A DNA stretch of 32,000 bases from Sneathiella chungangensis (GCF_009882935.1 NZ_WTVA01000015.1:597108-629107), one strand, 5' to 3'; shown: positions 9,623-19,781, counted from the stretch's first letter. Notes: generated by a model from the sequence alone, not told the origin. Translations and numbers: made by a program.

Positions 9623-9765
9623 CCTTTAAATGCCCCAATAAACGTTAATCGGTATAAATGTTGATCCTCATTATTTTTTTTCTTTATTCCATTTTATATT
9701 CGATTTCTTGATATATATTGACTATACACTGCAAGACAATTGAAGTAGATGGAGGTTCAATTACA

Positions 9766-10182
9766 ATGTCTGAAAAAATAGAGAAACTGGAGCTGCTCGC
9801 CCTGACGACAGATATTGTGACCTCACACTTATCGCGCAACCCGGTGGACGCGGCGGAAATTTCGACGCTGATCAACGACGTTTTTAACACTCTTTCAACC
9901 GTCGGTGAAGCGCCGGAAGAAGAAGACAAGCCGGAGCCCGTCGTCGCCATTCGCAAATCGATCCATCCCGATTACATCATTTGCCTCGAAGACGGCAAGA
10001 AGTTGAAGATGCTCAAACGGCATCTAAAAACATCCTACGACATGACGCCCGACGAATATCGGGAGCGCTGGGGCCTGCCGGCCGATTATCCGATGGTCGC
10101 GCCGAATTATGCTGAGCAACGCCGCACTCTGGCCAAGAAAATCGGCCTGGGAACCCGCCGCAAGAAAGCGCGGAGCAAGTAA
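9766..10182 (+). CDS. mucR: MucR/Ros-family transcriptional regulator
   Basis: The sequence ICLEDGKKLKMLKRHL...MTPDEYRERWGLPADYPMVAPNYAEQRRTLAKKIGLG aligns residue-for-residue with the Ros/MucR DNA-binding domain. GGAGG lies 8 nt upstream of ATG 9766. Confidence 0.9.
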   Translation: MSEKIEKLELLALTTDIVTSHLSRNPVDAAEISTLINDVFNTLSTVGEAPEEEDKPEPVVAIRKSIHPDYIICLEDGKKLKMLKRHLKTSYDMTPDEYRERWGLPADYPMVAPNYAEQRRTLAKKIGLGTRRKKARSK

Positions 10183-10273
10183 TCCCTACTTTCGCTGGCC
10201 CTAAAAAATTATTCGTATAAAATCATGACTGCTGGCGGACATGTCGGCAGTCATTTGGTTATTAGAGGTTCAC

Positions 10274-10759
10274 ATGCCAACTCGCCTGGAACAGATCTGC
10301 CTCGACAAGGGCCTGCGTATGACGGAGCAACGGCGCGTAATTGCGCGCGTCCTCTCCGAATCACAAGACCATCCGGACGTGGAACTCGTTTATAAACGGG
10401 CGTCGGATATCGATGACACCATCAGCATCTCAACGGTCTATCGCACTGTCCGCATGTTTGAGGAAAATGGCATTCTGGAACGTCATGATTTCGGGGATGG
10501 CCGCGCCCGCTATGAGGAAGCGTCGGAAGAGCATCATGACCATCTGATCAATGTGCAGACCGGTCAGGTGATCGAGTTTACAAGTGAACAGATCGAGGAA
10601 CTTCAGAAGAAAATCGCCAAAGAACTCGGGTTTGAATTGATCGACCATAGGCTGGAACTATACGGAAAACCTCTATCCAAGTCCGCGGTGGCCGCGGTAC
10701 CGCCGGAGGAATCGGTTGTCAACATCAAGCAGACGGCGCACAGCCGAAAAAAAGACTAG
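10274..10759 (+). CDS. fur: Fur-family metalloregulator (alphaproteobacterial Fur/Mur type, lacks the CxxC pairs)
   Basis: Has a winged-helix N-terminal part (RMTEQRRVIARVL...STVYRTVRMFEENGIL) and the metal-site motif HHDHLINVQTGQVIEF. The start is set at MPTRLEQ (ATG 10274, SD AGAGG). Confidence 0.85.
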   Translation: MPTRLEQICLDKGLRMTEQRRVIARVLSESQDHPDVELVYKRASDIDDTISISTVYRTVRMFEENGILERHDFGDGRARYEEASEEHHDHLINVQTGQVIEFTSEQIEELQKKIAKELGFELIDHRLELYGKPLSKSAVAAVPPEESVVNIKQTAHSRKKD

Positions 10760-10786
10760 TGGACCCGTCCGCGCCCGGCGTTGTTT

Positions 10787-11569
10787 ATGAGTAATATAAG
10801 ATCAACCCTTACCGCACTGGCCGCCCTGCTCTGGGCGGCGTTACTCGTGCCCCTGCAATTGATTGTACTGTTGTTTTTCAAGCAGCATCGATACAAAATT
10901 CCGCAGTTTTTCCATGCCGGCCTGTGTCGGCTGTTACGGGTCAAAGTTGTTGTCTCCGGTGAAATTGAGGAAAGCCGCCCGACGCTGTTCGTCATCAACC
11001 ATATCTCGTGGCTGGATATTCCGGTAATCGGAAAGGTTCTTCAGGGAAGCTTCGTCGCCAAAAAGGAGGTAGAGGGATATCCGCTTGTAGGCCCGATCTC
11101 CAAACTACAGCAAACCATTTTTATCGAGCGCTCCCGCCCGGCCATCAAGGGCCACAAAGGCGAAATGCAGGAACATCTGGAAAACGGCGACAATCTTTTT
11201 CTTTTTCCGGAAGGCACCTCGTCAAACGGCATCATAATCCAGAATTTCAAAAGCGCCTATTTTGGGCTGGCGGAACGTGAAATCAATGGCCATCACCTGA
11301 AGGTGCAACCGGTTACGATCGCCTACAGCCGACTGAACGGTATTCCGCTCACCCGCGGAACCATGAGCATCGTCGCCTGGGTCGGCGATAAAGAATTGCT
11401 GAGCCATGTCTGGGCGTTTTTGAAGCGTGGCACAGTAACCGCGGAGTTGCGGTTTCATCCGCCGGTGACCATCGACGACTATGATTCTCGAAAAACGCTG
11501 GCGAGTGATTGCCAGCTGACAATCGCCAAGAGCCTGAGCCGCGCCCTTACCGGTCGCGCAGAGCCTTGA
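10787..11569 (+). CDS. plsC: Lysophospholipid (1-acyl-sn-glycerol-3-phosphate-type) acyltransferase
   Basis: Contains the HX4D motif (NHISWLDI) and FPEGTSS, both typical of PlsC-family acyltransferases, plus an N-terminal hydrophobic segment. The start could be ATG 10787 or TTG 10781. Confidence 0.75.
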   Translation: MSNIRSTLTALAALLWAALLVPLQLIVLLFFKQHRYKIPQFFHAGLCRLLRVKVVVSGEIEESRPTLFVINHISWLDIPVIGKVLQGSFVAKKEVEGYPLVGPISKLQQTIFIERSRPAIKGHKGEMQEHLENGDNLFLFPEGTSSNGIIIQNFKSAYFGLAEREINGHHLKVQPVTIAYSRLNGIPLTRGTMSIVAWVGDKELLSHVWAFLKRGTVTAELRFHPPVTIDDYDSRKTLASDCQLTIAKSLSRALTGRAEP

Positions 11570-11730
11570 TGGGGAAATTGACGAGGAATTAGCCGGGATA
11601 GGTGATTTTTCCCGTGAAATACATCCAGCGCTTCTCTATTTGTCATATAACTGCTATTTTATTCGTGATAAGGAGCGCGGAGCATTTTGACATTTAGGGC
11701 CTTAAGAACCGGCGAGGTTGGCGAGAAAGC

Positions 11731-13092
11731 GTGAGCAAAAAACTGTATATTTCCACATATGGCTGCCAGATGAACGTGTATGATTCAGCCCGCATGGCAG
11801 ACCTGATGGCCCCCCTTGGATATACCCTGACAGACAAACCGGCGGACGCCGATATGGCGATTCTCAATACATGCCATATCCGGGAAAAAGCGTCCGAGAA
11901 GACCTTCTCGGAACTTGGCCGGCTGCGCAACATGCGTCAGGACAAGAAGGCAAAGCAAGATGGCGATATGATCATCGCCGTCGCCGGATGCGTGGCCCAG
12001 GCCGAGGGTGCGGAAATCATGAAGCGCGCGCCATATGTCGATATGGTGTTCGGGCCGCAGTCCTATCACCACCTGCCGCAGATGGTGGCGCAGGCGACCC
12101 GCGGCGTTGGCCATATCCTGGAGACGGATTTCCCGGTTGAGCCAAAATTCGATCATCTGCCGGAAGACGCGATCGATAAAAACCTGAGCGCGTTTCTGAC
12201 CGTACAGGAAGGCTGCGACAAGTTCTGCGCCTTCTGTGTGGTGCCTTACACACGGGGCGCCGAATTCTCGCGTCCGGTGGCGTCCATCGTCGATGAAGCC
12301 AAACGCATGATCGCCAGCGGCACCAAGGAAATCACGCTTCTCGGACAAAATGTCAATGCCTACCATGGCGAGGGGGCGGACGGAAAACCAGCAAGTCTCG
12401 CCACTCTGATCCAGAAACTTGCCGAGATCGATGGTCTTCACCGGCTCCGCTATACGACATCGCATCCGCTGGAAATGACCGAAGACCTTTGCCGCGCGCA
12501 TCGGGATGTCGAGATATTGATGCCCTATCTCCACCTGCCGGTTCAGGCCGGCTCCGACCGCATCCTTGCCGCGATGAACCGGCGTCACACGTCGGATGAG
12601 TACAGGCGCATTATCGACAAGCTCCGTCACTACCGGCCGGACCTGGCGCTATCGGGCGATTTTATCGTCGGGTTCCCGGGGGAAACCGAGCAGGAATTTG
12701 AAGACACCCTGCAGCTTGTTCGCGACGTTGAATATGCGCAGGCCTATAGCTTCAAATACAGTCCGCGACCCGGAACGCCGGCGGCCGCCCTCGGCGATGA
12801 GATGGTCGAGGAAACAGTGAAATCCGAGCGACTTGCCCGCCTGCAGCAGCTGCTGAACGAACAGCAGCTTGCCTACAACCGGTCATTCGTCGGTAAGGAG
12901 ATCGATGTCCTTTTGGAAAGAGAGGGAAAGCGCGAGGGCCAACTGGTTGGCCGGAGTCCTTACATGCAGTCCGTTTTCGTTCCCTCCCCGGCGCATCGGA
13001 TCGGCCGCATCGCAACTGTCATCGTACAAGAGGGAAATGCAAACTCTCTGCGTGGCGAACTGAAACCCGGTAGCGTCGCGGATGCGGCCTAG
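11731..13092 (+). CDS. miaB: tRNA-2-methylthio-N6-dimethylallyladenosine synthase
   Basis: N-terminal [14 protein letters not shown], radical-SAM [11 protein letters not shown] and a C-terminal TRAM-like region are present. GTG start. Confidence 0.95.
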   Translation: MSKKLYISTYGCQMNVYDSARMADLMAPLGYTLTDKPADADMAILNTCHIREKASEKTFSELGRLRNMRQDKKAKQDGDMIIAVAGCVAQAEGAEIMKRAPYVDMVFGPQSYHHLPQMVAQATRGVGHILETDFPVEPKFDHLPEDAIDKNLSAFLTVQEGCDKFCAFCVVPYTRGAEFSRPVASIVDEAKRMIASGTKEITLLGQNVNAYHGEGADGKPASLATLIQKLAEIDGLHRLRYTTSHPLEMTEDLCRAHRDVEILMPYLHLPVQAGSDRILAAMNRRHTSDEYRRIIDKLRHYRPDLALSGDFIVGFPGETEQEFEDTLQLVRDVEYAQAYSFKYSPRPGTPAAALGDEMVEETVKSERLARLQQLLNEQQLAYNRSFVGKEIDVLLEREGKREGQLVGRSPYMQSVFVPSPAHRIGRIATVIVQEGNANSLRGELKPGSVADAA

Positions 13093-13100
13093 GAACAAAC

Positions 13101-14138
13101 GTGGCAAAAAATCAATCGAGCTCCAAAACCTTGAAACGCACTCCTGACCAGACCGACGCGACGATCCTCGAATTTGATGACAATTACCTGCTTGCCCAGC
13201 TTGTTGGGGAACATGATCGATATCTTGCGCGTATCGAGCAGGGACTGGACGTCTCCGTCGTCTCGCGCGGCAATAAGATGGCCATATCCGGCAGTAATTC
13301 GGCGCGCGCGTCCGCCAAATCGGTATTGCTCGATTTGTATGAGAGGCTGAAAAAAGGCCTCGATGTCGCGGAAGGTGAAGTCGACGGCGCCATTCGCATG
13401 GCGGGCAACGCCCCGGCGGAAGACGGCAGCCGCGGTTCCGTCTCCGGCGAGGACATGATCGTGACAAAGCGGCGGCGGATTACGCCGCGCTCTACGAATC
13501 AGGCGGTATATGTAAAATCCCTGCGCACGCATGAACTGGTCTTCGGCCTTGGTCCGGCAGGTACCGGCAAGACCTACCTTGCCGTCGCCAATGCCGTCGC
13601 CATGCTGATCGAGAACAAGGTCGACCGCCTCATCCTTGCACGCCCCGCGGTGGAGGCCGGCGAAAAACTCGGGTTCCTTCCCGGCGACATGCGCGATAAG
13701 ATCGATCCGTATCTTCGCCCCCTCTATGATGCGCTCTATGACATGCTTCCCGCCGAAGAAGTCGTCAAGCGGCTCGAAAACGGAGAGATCGAAGTCGCCG
13801 CGCTCGCGTTCATGCGCGGGCGCACGCTCTCCAATGCGGCAATTATCCTCGATGAAGCGCAAAACACCACGCCTGTGCAAATGAAAATGCTGCTCACCCG
13901 GATGGGCGAGAATTCACGCATGGCGGTCACGGGCGATCTTAGCCAGATTGACCTGCCGCTCGGGATGCGATCGGGCCTGCATGAGGCCGTCGATATTTTG
14001 AAGGGCGTCAAGGGCATCGATTTTATTCATTTCGGCGAGGCCGATGTGGTGCGGCACCCTCTGGTCACCCGCATCGTGAAAGCTTACGGGGAACATGACC
14101 GGGAGAAGCAGCTTGCACTCAAGTCACGCAAGACTTGA
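13101..14138 (+). CDS. ybeZ: PhoH-like ATPase
   Basis: Walker A GPAGTGKTYLA and FLPGD...KIDPYLRPLYDAL motifs are present. GTG start, 6 nt after AGGA. Confidence 0.9.
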   Translation: MAKNQSSSKTLKRTPDQTDATILEFDDNYLLAQLVGEHDRYLARIEQGLDVSVVSRGNKMAISGSNSARASAKSVLLDLYERLKKGLDVAEGEVDGAIRMAGNAPAEDGSRGSVSGEDMIVTKRRRITPRSTNQAVYVKSLRTHELVFGLGPAGTGKTYLAVANAVAMLIENKVDRLILARPAVEAGEKLGFLPGDMRDKIDPYLRPLYDALYDMLPAEEVVKRLENGEIEVAALAFMRGRTLSNAAIILDEAQNTTPVQMKMLLTRMGENSRMAVTGDLSQIDLPLGMRSGLHEAVDILKGVKGIDFIHFGEADVVRHPLVTRIVKAYGEHDREKQLALKSRKT

Positions 14139-14145
14139 TGGCACT

Positions 14146-14724
14146 ATGACCGACCTTCCGTTTACGCTCGACCTTGCCGTCTCCATGCCGGATCCGGCAT
14201 GGGCCGACCTGACCCCAAATCTCCAGACCCGGACGGAAGAGATTACGTCCATTGCGCTGCAGGAAATCAGCCGGGTTTTCGAATTGAAACCCATTGCCGG
14301 CAGCCAGCAGCCCAGCGTCGAAATCAGCCTCGTGTTCACCAATGATTCGGACATTCGCGCGCTCAACCGAGATTATCGGGGAAAGGACCAGCCGACCAAC
14401 GTGCTCTCCTTTCCCGACAGCCCGTTGGACCAGGCGGAACTCGAACAGGCGGTGCGATTGGGAGAGCCGCTTCTCCTTGGCGATATCGTCCTCGCGCGCG
14501 AGACATTAATCCGTGAGGCAGAAGCCCAGCACAAAAATGTTTCCGATCATTTCGCTCATCTTCTCTGTCACGGCGTTTTACACCTTGCCGGTTTCGACCA
14601 TATGGACGAAAATGAAGCCGTAGAGATGGAAAATCTTGAAATTATGATCTTGCGGCGCTTACATATCGCTAATCCCTACGAACTTTCTGATCAGCCGCGA
14701 CAGGAGACCCCTGACTTAAAATGA
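14146..14724 (+). CDS. ybeY: Endoribonuclease YbeY (rRNA maturation)
   Basis: Zinc motif HLLCHGVLHLAGFDH is present. The start is set at MTDLPF (ATG 14146), 7 nt after the phoH stop. The track start at 14095 would overlap phoH. Confidence 0.9.
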   Translation: MTDLPFTLDLAVSMPDPAWADLTPNLQTRTEEITSIALQEISRVFELKPIAGSQQPSVEISLVFTNDSDIRALNRDYRGKDQPTNVLSFPDSPLDQAELEQAVRLGEPLLLGDIVLARETLIREAEAQHKNVSDHFAHLLCHGVLHLAGFDHMDENEAVEMENLEIMILRRLHIANPYELSDQPRQETPDLK

Positions 14725-15641
14725 CCGATAATTTGTCGAGCGAGAGTCTTTCGGAAACTCCGGAAGGTCCGACATCGCAAAAATCCGAGAATACGGTTCT
14801 ACATATCCTGAAACGCGTTTTGGGAATCGGGCAGCAGACAGAACGAAGTGTGCGCTCCACGCTTGAAGAACTAATCGAAGAACATGACGATCCCGAACAA
14901 TCCATAAATCCATCTGAAAAGCTGATGCTGACCAACATCCTGAGTTTCTCGGAACTCAGCATCAGCGACGTCATGGTGCCCCGCGCCGATATCGAGGCGA
15001 TTGACGCCAATTCGACGCTGGAACATGTGGTGGAACGGTTCAAGGAAACCAGCCACTCCAGACTGCCGGTTTACAGCGAAACGCTCGACAATGTCACCGG
15101 CATGTTCCATATCAAGGACCTGATTAATTTCTGGGGCCGCAAAGATGCCGGAAAATGGCAGAATTTCCGCCGCGAGATTCTCTTCGTGCCGCCATCCATG
15201 TCCGTGCCGGATCTGCTGCTGAAAATGCGGGCAACGCATATTCACATGGCGGCGGTGGTTGATGAATATGGCGGTATCGACGGGCTGGTAACCATCGAAG
15301 ATCTTGTTGAGGAAATCGTCGGAGACATCGAGGATGAGCATGACGAACAGGAAGGTCCGCTGATTGTCGTCGGCGCCAACGACATGATTGAAGCCGACGC
15401 CCGCGCATCGATCGAGGAACTTGAAGCCCTTGTCGGTATGGATTTGCTCCCCGAAGAAGAGGACGAGGAGGTTGATACGGTTGGCGGCCTTGTATTCCAG
15501 CTGGCGGGCCAGATTCCGACCCGGGGAGAAATCATTTCCCATCCCGACGGCCTGGAATTCGAAATCATCGACGCCGATCCCCGGAAAGTGAAACGGGTTC
15601 GCATTCGCCGGCGTACACCGGATTCGGAAGAGGCTGAATGA
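14721..15641 (+). CDS. corC: CBS-pair / CorC_HlyC domain protein (CorC/TlyC family)
   Basis: Has tandem CBS domains (DVMVPRADI..., FVPPSMSVPDLLLKMR) and a C-terminal transporter-associated domain. An ATGA overlap links it to the ybeY stop. Confidence 0.85.
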   Translation: MTDNLSSESLSETPEGPTSQKSENTVLHILKRVLGIGQQTERSVRSTLEELIEEHDDPEQSINPSEKLMLTNILSFSELSISDVMVPRADIEAIDANSTLEHVVERFKETSHSRLPVYSETLDNVTGMFHIKDLINFWGRKDAGKWQNFRREILFVPPSMSVPDLLLKMRATHIHMAAVVDEYGGIDGLVTIEDLVEEIVGDIEDEHDEQEGPLIVVGANDMIEADARASIEELEALVGMDLLPEEEDEEVDTVGGLVFQLAGQIPTRGEIISHPDGLEFEIIDADPRKVKRVRIRRRTPDSEEAE

Positions 15642-17215
15642 CGGCTTTAAACCGCCGGATCGCGGGACTTTCCTTTTTTAAGAAATCCCTCCTCGCGTTC
15701 CTGTTGGGGGCGCTTGTTGCCGCCGCCCTGCCCCCCCTTAACCTGGTCTTTCTGTTGCCGGTCAGCTTTACGGGCCTTATCTGGATACTAAGCTCGGCAG
15801 AAACCCGGACGCAGGCCTTTTTCGCCGGCTGGTGGTTTGCCTGGGGCCAGTTCATCGCCGGCCTGTATTGGATCGGCGTCGCCTTTACTATAGATGCCAA
15901 GACCCATGCGGTTCTGATGCCCTTGCCGGTTCTGGTCCTGCCGGCTTTTCTCGCGGTTCTGTCAGGCGGCGCAACCCTTGCGACCCATCTTACCGGAGCC
16001 CGGTCCGTCGGCCGGATTTTTGTGTTCAGCGCGTTTTGGCTGTTGTTTGAATATATCCGCGGCGTCCTCTTTACCGGATTTCCCTGGAACCTCGTCGGCT
16101 ACAGCTGGAGCGCTTTTCTTCCGGTCATGCAGTCGACGGCCTTTATCGGCATATATGGCCTGACACTCCTCACCGTCTTCATTGCCAGCCTGCCCGCGCT
16201 GTTCGGCGAGGACGGCGTTTCACGAAAAGCGGCGGGCGCATCGCTTGTCGGATCAATTGCGCTGTTCGCCGCTATCTTCGGCGCGGGATTTCTTCGAATT
16301 CCCTCCGGCCCCGTTGACTCCTTTGAAAATGCATCCCTTCGCATTGTCCAGCCCAATATCCGCCAGAGCCTGAAATGGCAGCCGGACCTTCTGCTCGACC
16401 ATTTGCGCAAGATCGTGTCGCTTAGCCTGATCGACGAGGGGGTGCCGCCGCGTTTCTATATCTGGCCAGAAACTGCCGTCCCGTATTATCTGACAACCGC
16501 CAAGCAACTTAAAAAGGAGCTTGCGCAAATCATCCCGCCGAGCGGCGCCATCATTACCGGTGCACCGCGCCGCGATCCGGATGTCCGTCGTTACTGGAAC
16601 AGTCTTCAAGTGCTTGGAAGTTCGGGCGAGATACTGGATATCTATGACAAGCAGCATCTGGTCCCTTACGGCGAATATATGCCGCTTCGTCCGTTGATGG
16701 TTGCGACGGGACTGACGGAGATCATTCCGGCACTTGACCGGATGTCGGATTTCGCCACACCCGACAAGGCCGCGAAGAAAGTCATTTCAGTTCCCGGCCT
16801 CCCTCCGGCCCGCGCAATGATCTGCTACGAAATTGCCTTTCCATGGGAAGTTGCCCCGAAGACCGCCTTCTCCTGGATACTCAACATCACCAACGATGGA
16901 TGGTTCGGTGATACCTCGGGTCCCTATCAGCACTTTGCGATCACCCGCACCCGTGCCATAGAGCAGGGCGTGGCGGTCGTTCGCGCTGCCAATACGGGTA
17001 TTTCGGCAATCATCGATCCCTACGGCCGAGTTGAGGAAAAGCTGGAACTAAACGAGGCGGGCATCATTGACGGCGGCCTGCCATTACCTATTCCGGATCG
17101 CACTTTTTATGCGCGTCGCGGCGAAATTATTCCTATTTTCCTGACAGTTATATTCGCCGGAATAGGGCTAATGCTCACCTGGCGAAAGGCGAAAAACATA
17201 CGCTTGTCTTCTTGA
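15638..17215 (+). CDS. lnt: Apolipoprotein N-acyltransferase
   Basis: Has multiple N-terminal TM helices, then a CN-hydrolase domain (IWPETA..., ICYEIAFP, NITNDGWFG). An ATGA overlap links it to the corC stop. Confidence 0.9.
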   Translation: MTALNRRIAGLSFFKKSLLAFLLGALVAAALPPLNLVFLLPVSFTGLIWILSSAETRTQAFFAGWWFAWGQFIAGLYWIGVAFTIDAKTHAVLMPLPVLVLPAFLAVLSGGATLATHLTGARSVGRIFVFSAFWLLFEYIRGVLFTGFPWNLVGYSWSAFLPVMQSTAFIGIYGLTLLTVFIASLPALFGEDGVSRKAAGASLVGSIALFAAIFGAGFLRIPSGPVDSFENASLRIVQPNIRQSLKWQPDLLLDHLRKIVSLSLIDEGVPPRFYIWPETAVPYYLTTAKQLKKELAQIIPPSGAIITGAPRRDPDVRRYWNSLQVLGSSGEILDIYDKQHLVPYGEYMPLRPLMVATGLTEIIPALDRMSDFATPDKAAKKVISVPGLPPARAMICYEIAFPWEVAPKTAFSWILNITNDGWFGDTSGPYQHFAITRTRAIEQGVAVVRAANTGISAIIDPYGRVEEKLELNEAGIIDGGLPLPIPDRTFYARRGEIIPIFLTVIFAGIGLMLTWRKAKNIRLSS

Positions 17216-17229
17216 CTAGCATTTTTTTT
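17202..17229 (+). terminator. Rho-independent terminator candidate at the end of lnt
   Basis: GCTTGTC-TTCTT-GACTAGC forms a 7-bp stem with one T/T mismatch, followed by A and then T8 (17222-17229). The lnt stop codon lies inside the stem. Confidence 0.5.
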
Positions 17230-17321
17230 GACGATACTGATTAAAACAACTTAAAGGATTAGCCGCGTTATCGCCAGCACATGATTCATTTCACGACCTG
17301 TCGTTATCAAGAGGGATTTTA

Positions 17322-17741
17322 ATGCCAAACCATCCGGTGGATGTGCACGTGGGAAGCCGACTGCGAATGCGCCGGACGCTTTTGGGACTCAGCCAGCAAA
17401 AACTCGGAGAGAAGCTCGGACTCACATTTCAGCAGATACAGAAATATGAGCGCGGCGCCAACCGGATCGGCGCAAGCCGCCTGTTTGAGCTGAGCCGGAT
17501 ACTGGATATCAAGCCGTCCTTCTTTTTTGAAGAGATGCCGGCGGGCGGTAGCGCCCTCGCACAGGGTGTTGAGGAACCTGCCGATGAGTTTGAACATGAA
17601 TTCCTTGGTAAACGGGAAACGTTGGAACTCGTCCGCGCCTACTACAAAATCGACAATCTGGAAGTTCGTAAAAGGGTGTTTGACGTCATCAAGGCGCTGG
17701 CGACAGAAGAATCGGAAAAAACCTCTTCCAAGTCCGCCTGA
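17322..17741 (+). CDS. XRE-family helix-turn-helix transcriptional regulator
   Basis: The HTH sequence is RLRMRRTLLGLSQQKLGEKLGLTFQQIQKYERGANRIGASRL. SD AGAGGGA lies upstream of the ATG. Confidence 0.8.
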   Translation: MPNHPVDVHVGSRLRMRRTLLGLSQQKLGEKLGLTFQQIQKYERGANRIGASRLFELSRILDIKPSFFFEEMPAGGSALAQGVEEPADEFEHEFLGKRETLELVRAYYKIDNLEVRKRVFDVIKALATEESEKTSSKSA

Positions 17742-17762
17742 TCACTTCCCGCGCAGATTTTC

Positions 17763-17790
17763 TTGACCGCCAACCCGATTTTGCTAGAGT
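17763..17790 (+). promoter_or_regulatory. Sigma70-type promoter candidate for metK
   Basis: TTGACC (17763-17768), a 16-nt spacer, then TAGAGT (17785-17790). It lies in the gap between the HTH gene and metK. Confidence 0.4.
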
Positions 17791-17874
17791 GCGGCAGATT
17801 TTCATACCCGACGGACGATAGACATGTCCGACATCGACACCGGGTACCGCCCATTGACGAAAGAGGATGTTCGC

Positions 17875-19044
17875 GTGCCAGCCAAAAATTATCTCTTCAC
17901 CAGTGAATCAGTTTCAGAAGGACATCCCGATAAGGTTTGTGACCGGATTTCGGACAGCATTGTCGACCTTTATTTGTCTGCGGATCCTTATTCGCGCGTC
18001 GCTTGCGAAACCCTGACGACGACAAATCGCATCGTTCTTGCCGGGGAAGTGCGCGGCCCGTCCAGCATTACCAAATCACTGATCGAGGAAACGGCCCGGG
18101 AGGCTGTCAAGGATATCGGCTACGAGCAGGACGGCTTCCACTGGAAAAACGCCGCCGTCGATGTGTTTCTGCATGCCCAGTCGGCCGACATCGCGCAAGG
18201 CGTCGATGCCTCGGGCAACAAGGACGAGGGCGCCGGTGACCAGGGCATCATGTTCGGCTATGCCGTGAACGAGACGGACGTCCTGATGCCGGCACCGATC
18301 TACTATTCCCACAATATCCTCAAGGCTCTCGCGGATGCCCGTCATAGCGGCGCCGAAAAAGGGCTCGGGCCGGATTCCAAAAGTCAGGTCACCCTGGCCT
18401 ATGAAAACGGCAAGCCGGTGCGGGCGACATCTGTCGTCGTGTCCACTCAGCATGATGCCGGTCTTGATGGCGACGCGGTTCGCGAAATCGTCCGGAAATA
18501 TGTAACCAAGGTACTCCCCGACGGCTGGATGTGCCCGGAGGAGGAATTCTACGTGAACCCGACGGGAAAATTCGTCATCGGTGGACCCGATGGCGACGCC
18601 GGGCTGACCGGCCGCAAGATTATCGTCGATACCTACGGCGGCGCGGCGCCTCATGGCGGCGGCGCCTTTTCAGGCAAGGACCCGACCAAGGTCGACCGTT
18701 CGGCGGCTTATGCCTCGCGTTACCTCGCGAAGAACGTCGTGGCTGCCGGCCTTGCTGACCGCTGCTGCATTCAGGTTTCCTACGCAATTGGCGTGTCAAA
18801 GCCGCTTTCGCTCTATGTCGATCTTTTTGGTACCGGCAAGGTGGACGAAAACAGGCTTGCCAAGGTTCTTATGGAGGTCATGGATCTCAGTCCTCGCGGC
18901 ATTCGCGAGCATCTCGGCCTCAACAAGCCGATTTACGCCCGGACCGCCGCCTATGGGCATTTCGGTCGGATGCCGGAAGCCGATGGCGGTTTTTCCTGGG
19001 AGAAAACTGATCTCGCGGACAGCCTGAAATCCGCTCTTTCCTGA
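17875..19044 (+). CDS. metK: S-adenosylmethionine synthetase
   Basis: Contains [24 protein letters not shown] and GGGAFSGKD motifs. I prefer GTG 17875 (AAGAGGA, 7-nt spacer) over the track start ATG 17824, which has no SD and lies inside a hairpin. Confidence 0.93.
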   Translation: MPAKNYLFTSESVSEGHPDKVCDRISDSIVDLYLSADPYSRVACETLTTTNRIVLAGEVRGPSSITKSLIEETAREAVKDIGYEQDGFHWKNAAVDVFLHAQSADIAQGVDASGNKDEGAGDQGIMFGYAVNETDVLMPAPIYYSHNILKALADARHSGAEKGLGPDSKSQVTLAYENGKPVRATSVVVSTQHDAGLDGDAVREIVRKYVTKVLPDGWMCPEEEFYVNPTGKFVIGGPDGDAGLTGRKIIVDTYGGAAPHGGGAFSGKDPTKVDRSAAYASRYLAKNVVAAGLADRCCIQVSYAIGVSKPLSLYVDLFGTGKVDENRLAKVLMEVMDLSPRGIREHLGLNKPIYARTAAYGHFGRMPEADGGFSWEKTDLADSLKSALS

Positions 19045-19054
19045 CGGATTAGTT

Positions 19055-19747
19055 ATGCCGGAGCAGCAGGCGAAGGGCGGACGTATCCTGTATGGGCGCC
19101 GCCGCGGGAAACCCCTTCGCAAAGGCCAGCAAAAACTGATAGACCGGGATTTGCCGAGGCTGGCGATACCGCTCGACGCGGATTGCCTTGACCTTCCGTC
19201 CCTGTTTCCCGATCCCTGCCGCGCCTACTGGCTGGAGATCGGCTTTGGCGGCGGAGAGCATCTGGCCTGGCAGGCGAAGGCCAATCCTGACGTCGGCTTT
19301 ATCGGATGTGAGCCCTATATCAACGGCGTCGCGATGCTGCTCGGCAAACTCGATGAATTCGGCGCCCGCAATGTCCGCCTGCATAACGAAGCCGCGGAGC
19401 TGTTGATCGACCAACTCCCCAACGCCAGTATCGAGCGGGCCTTCATTCTTTTCCCCGATCCCTGGCCGAAAAGCGGCCACAACAAGCGCCGATTCGTTGC
19501 GACCGCCAATATTGCCGCCCTCGCCCGTGTCCTGCAACCGGGAGCGGAACTTCGAATCGCCACCGATCATACGGATTATGGCGCCTGGATTCTCTGGCAT
19601 ATGCTGCAATCACGGGATTTCGACTGGAAAGCGGAAAGTCCGGAGGATTGGCGGGAGCGCAAGGATGACTGGCCCGCCACCCGCTATGAGATGAAAGCGG
19701 TCAAAAAAGGCCTTCGACCGGTTTATTACCGCTTTCTCCGCCGTTAA
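19055..19747 (+). CDS. trmB: tRNA (guanine46-N7)-methyltransferase
   Basis: EIGFGGGEHL and FPDPWPK motifs are typical of TrmB. Confidence 0.9.
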   Translation: MPEQQAKGGRILYGRRRGKPLRKGQQKLIDRDLPRLAIPLDADCLDLPSLFPDPCRAYWLEIGFGGGEHLAWQAKANPDVGFIGCEPYINGVAMLLGKLDEFGARNVRLHNEAAELLIDQLPNASIERAFILFPDPWPKSGHNKRRFVATANIAALARVLQPGAELRIATDHTDYGAWILWHMLQSRDFDWKAESPEDWRERKDDWPATRYEMKAVKKGLRPVYYRFLRR

Positions 19748-19781
19748 TGCCCGTCGGGGCGGCGAAACCAGAAGAAAATGC

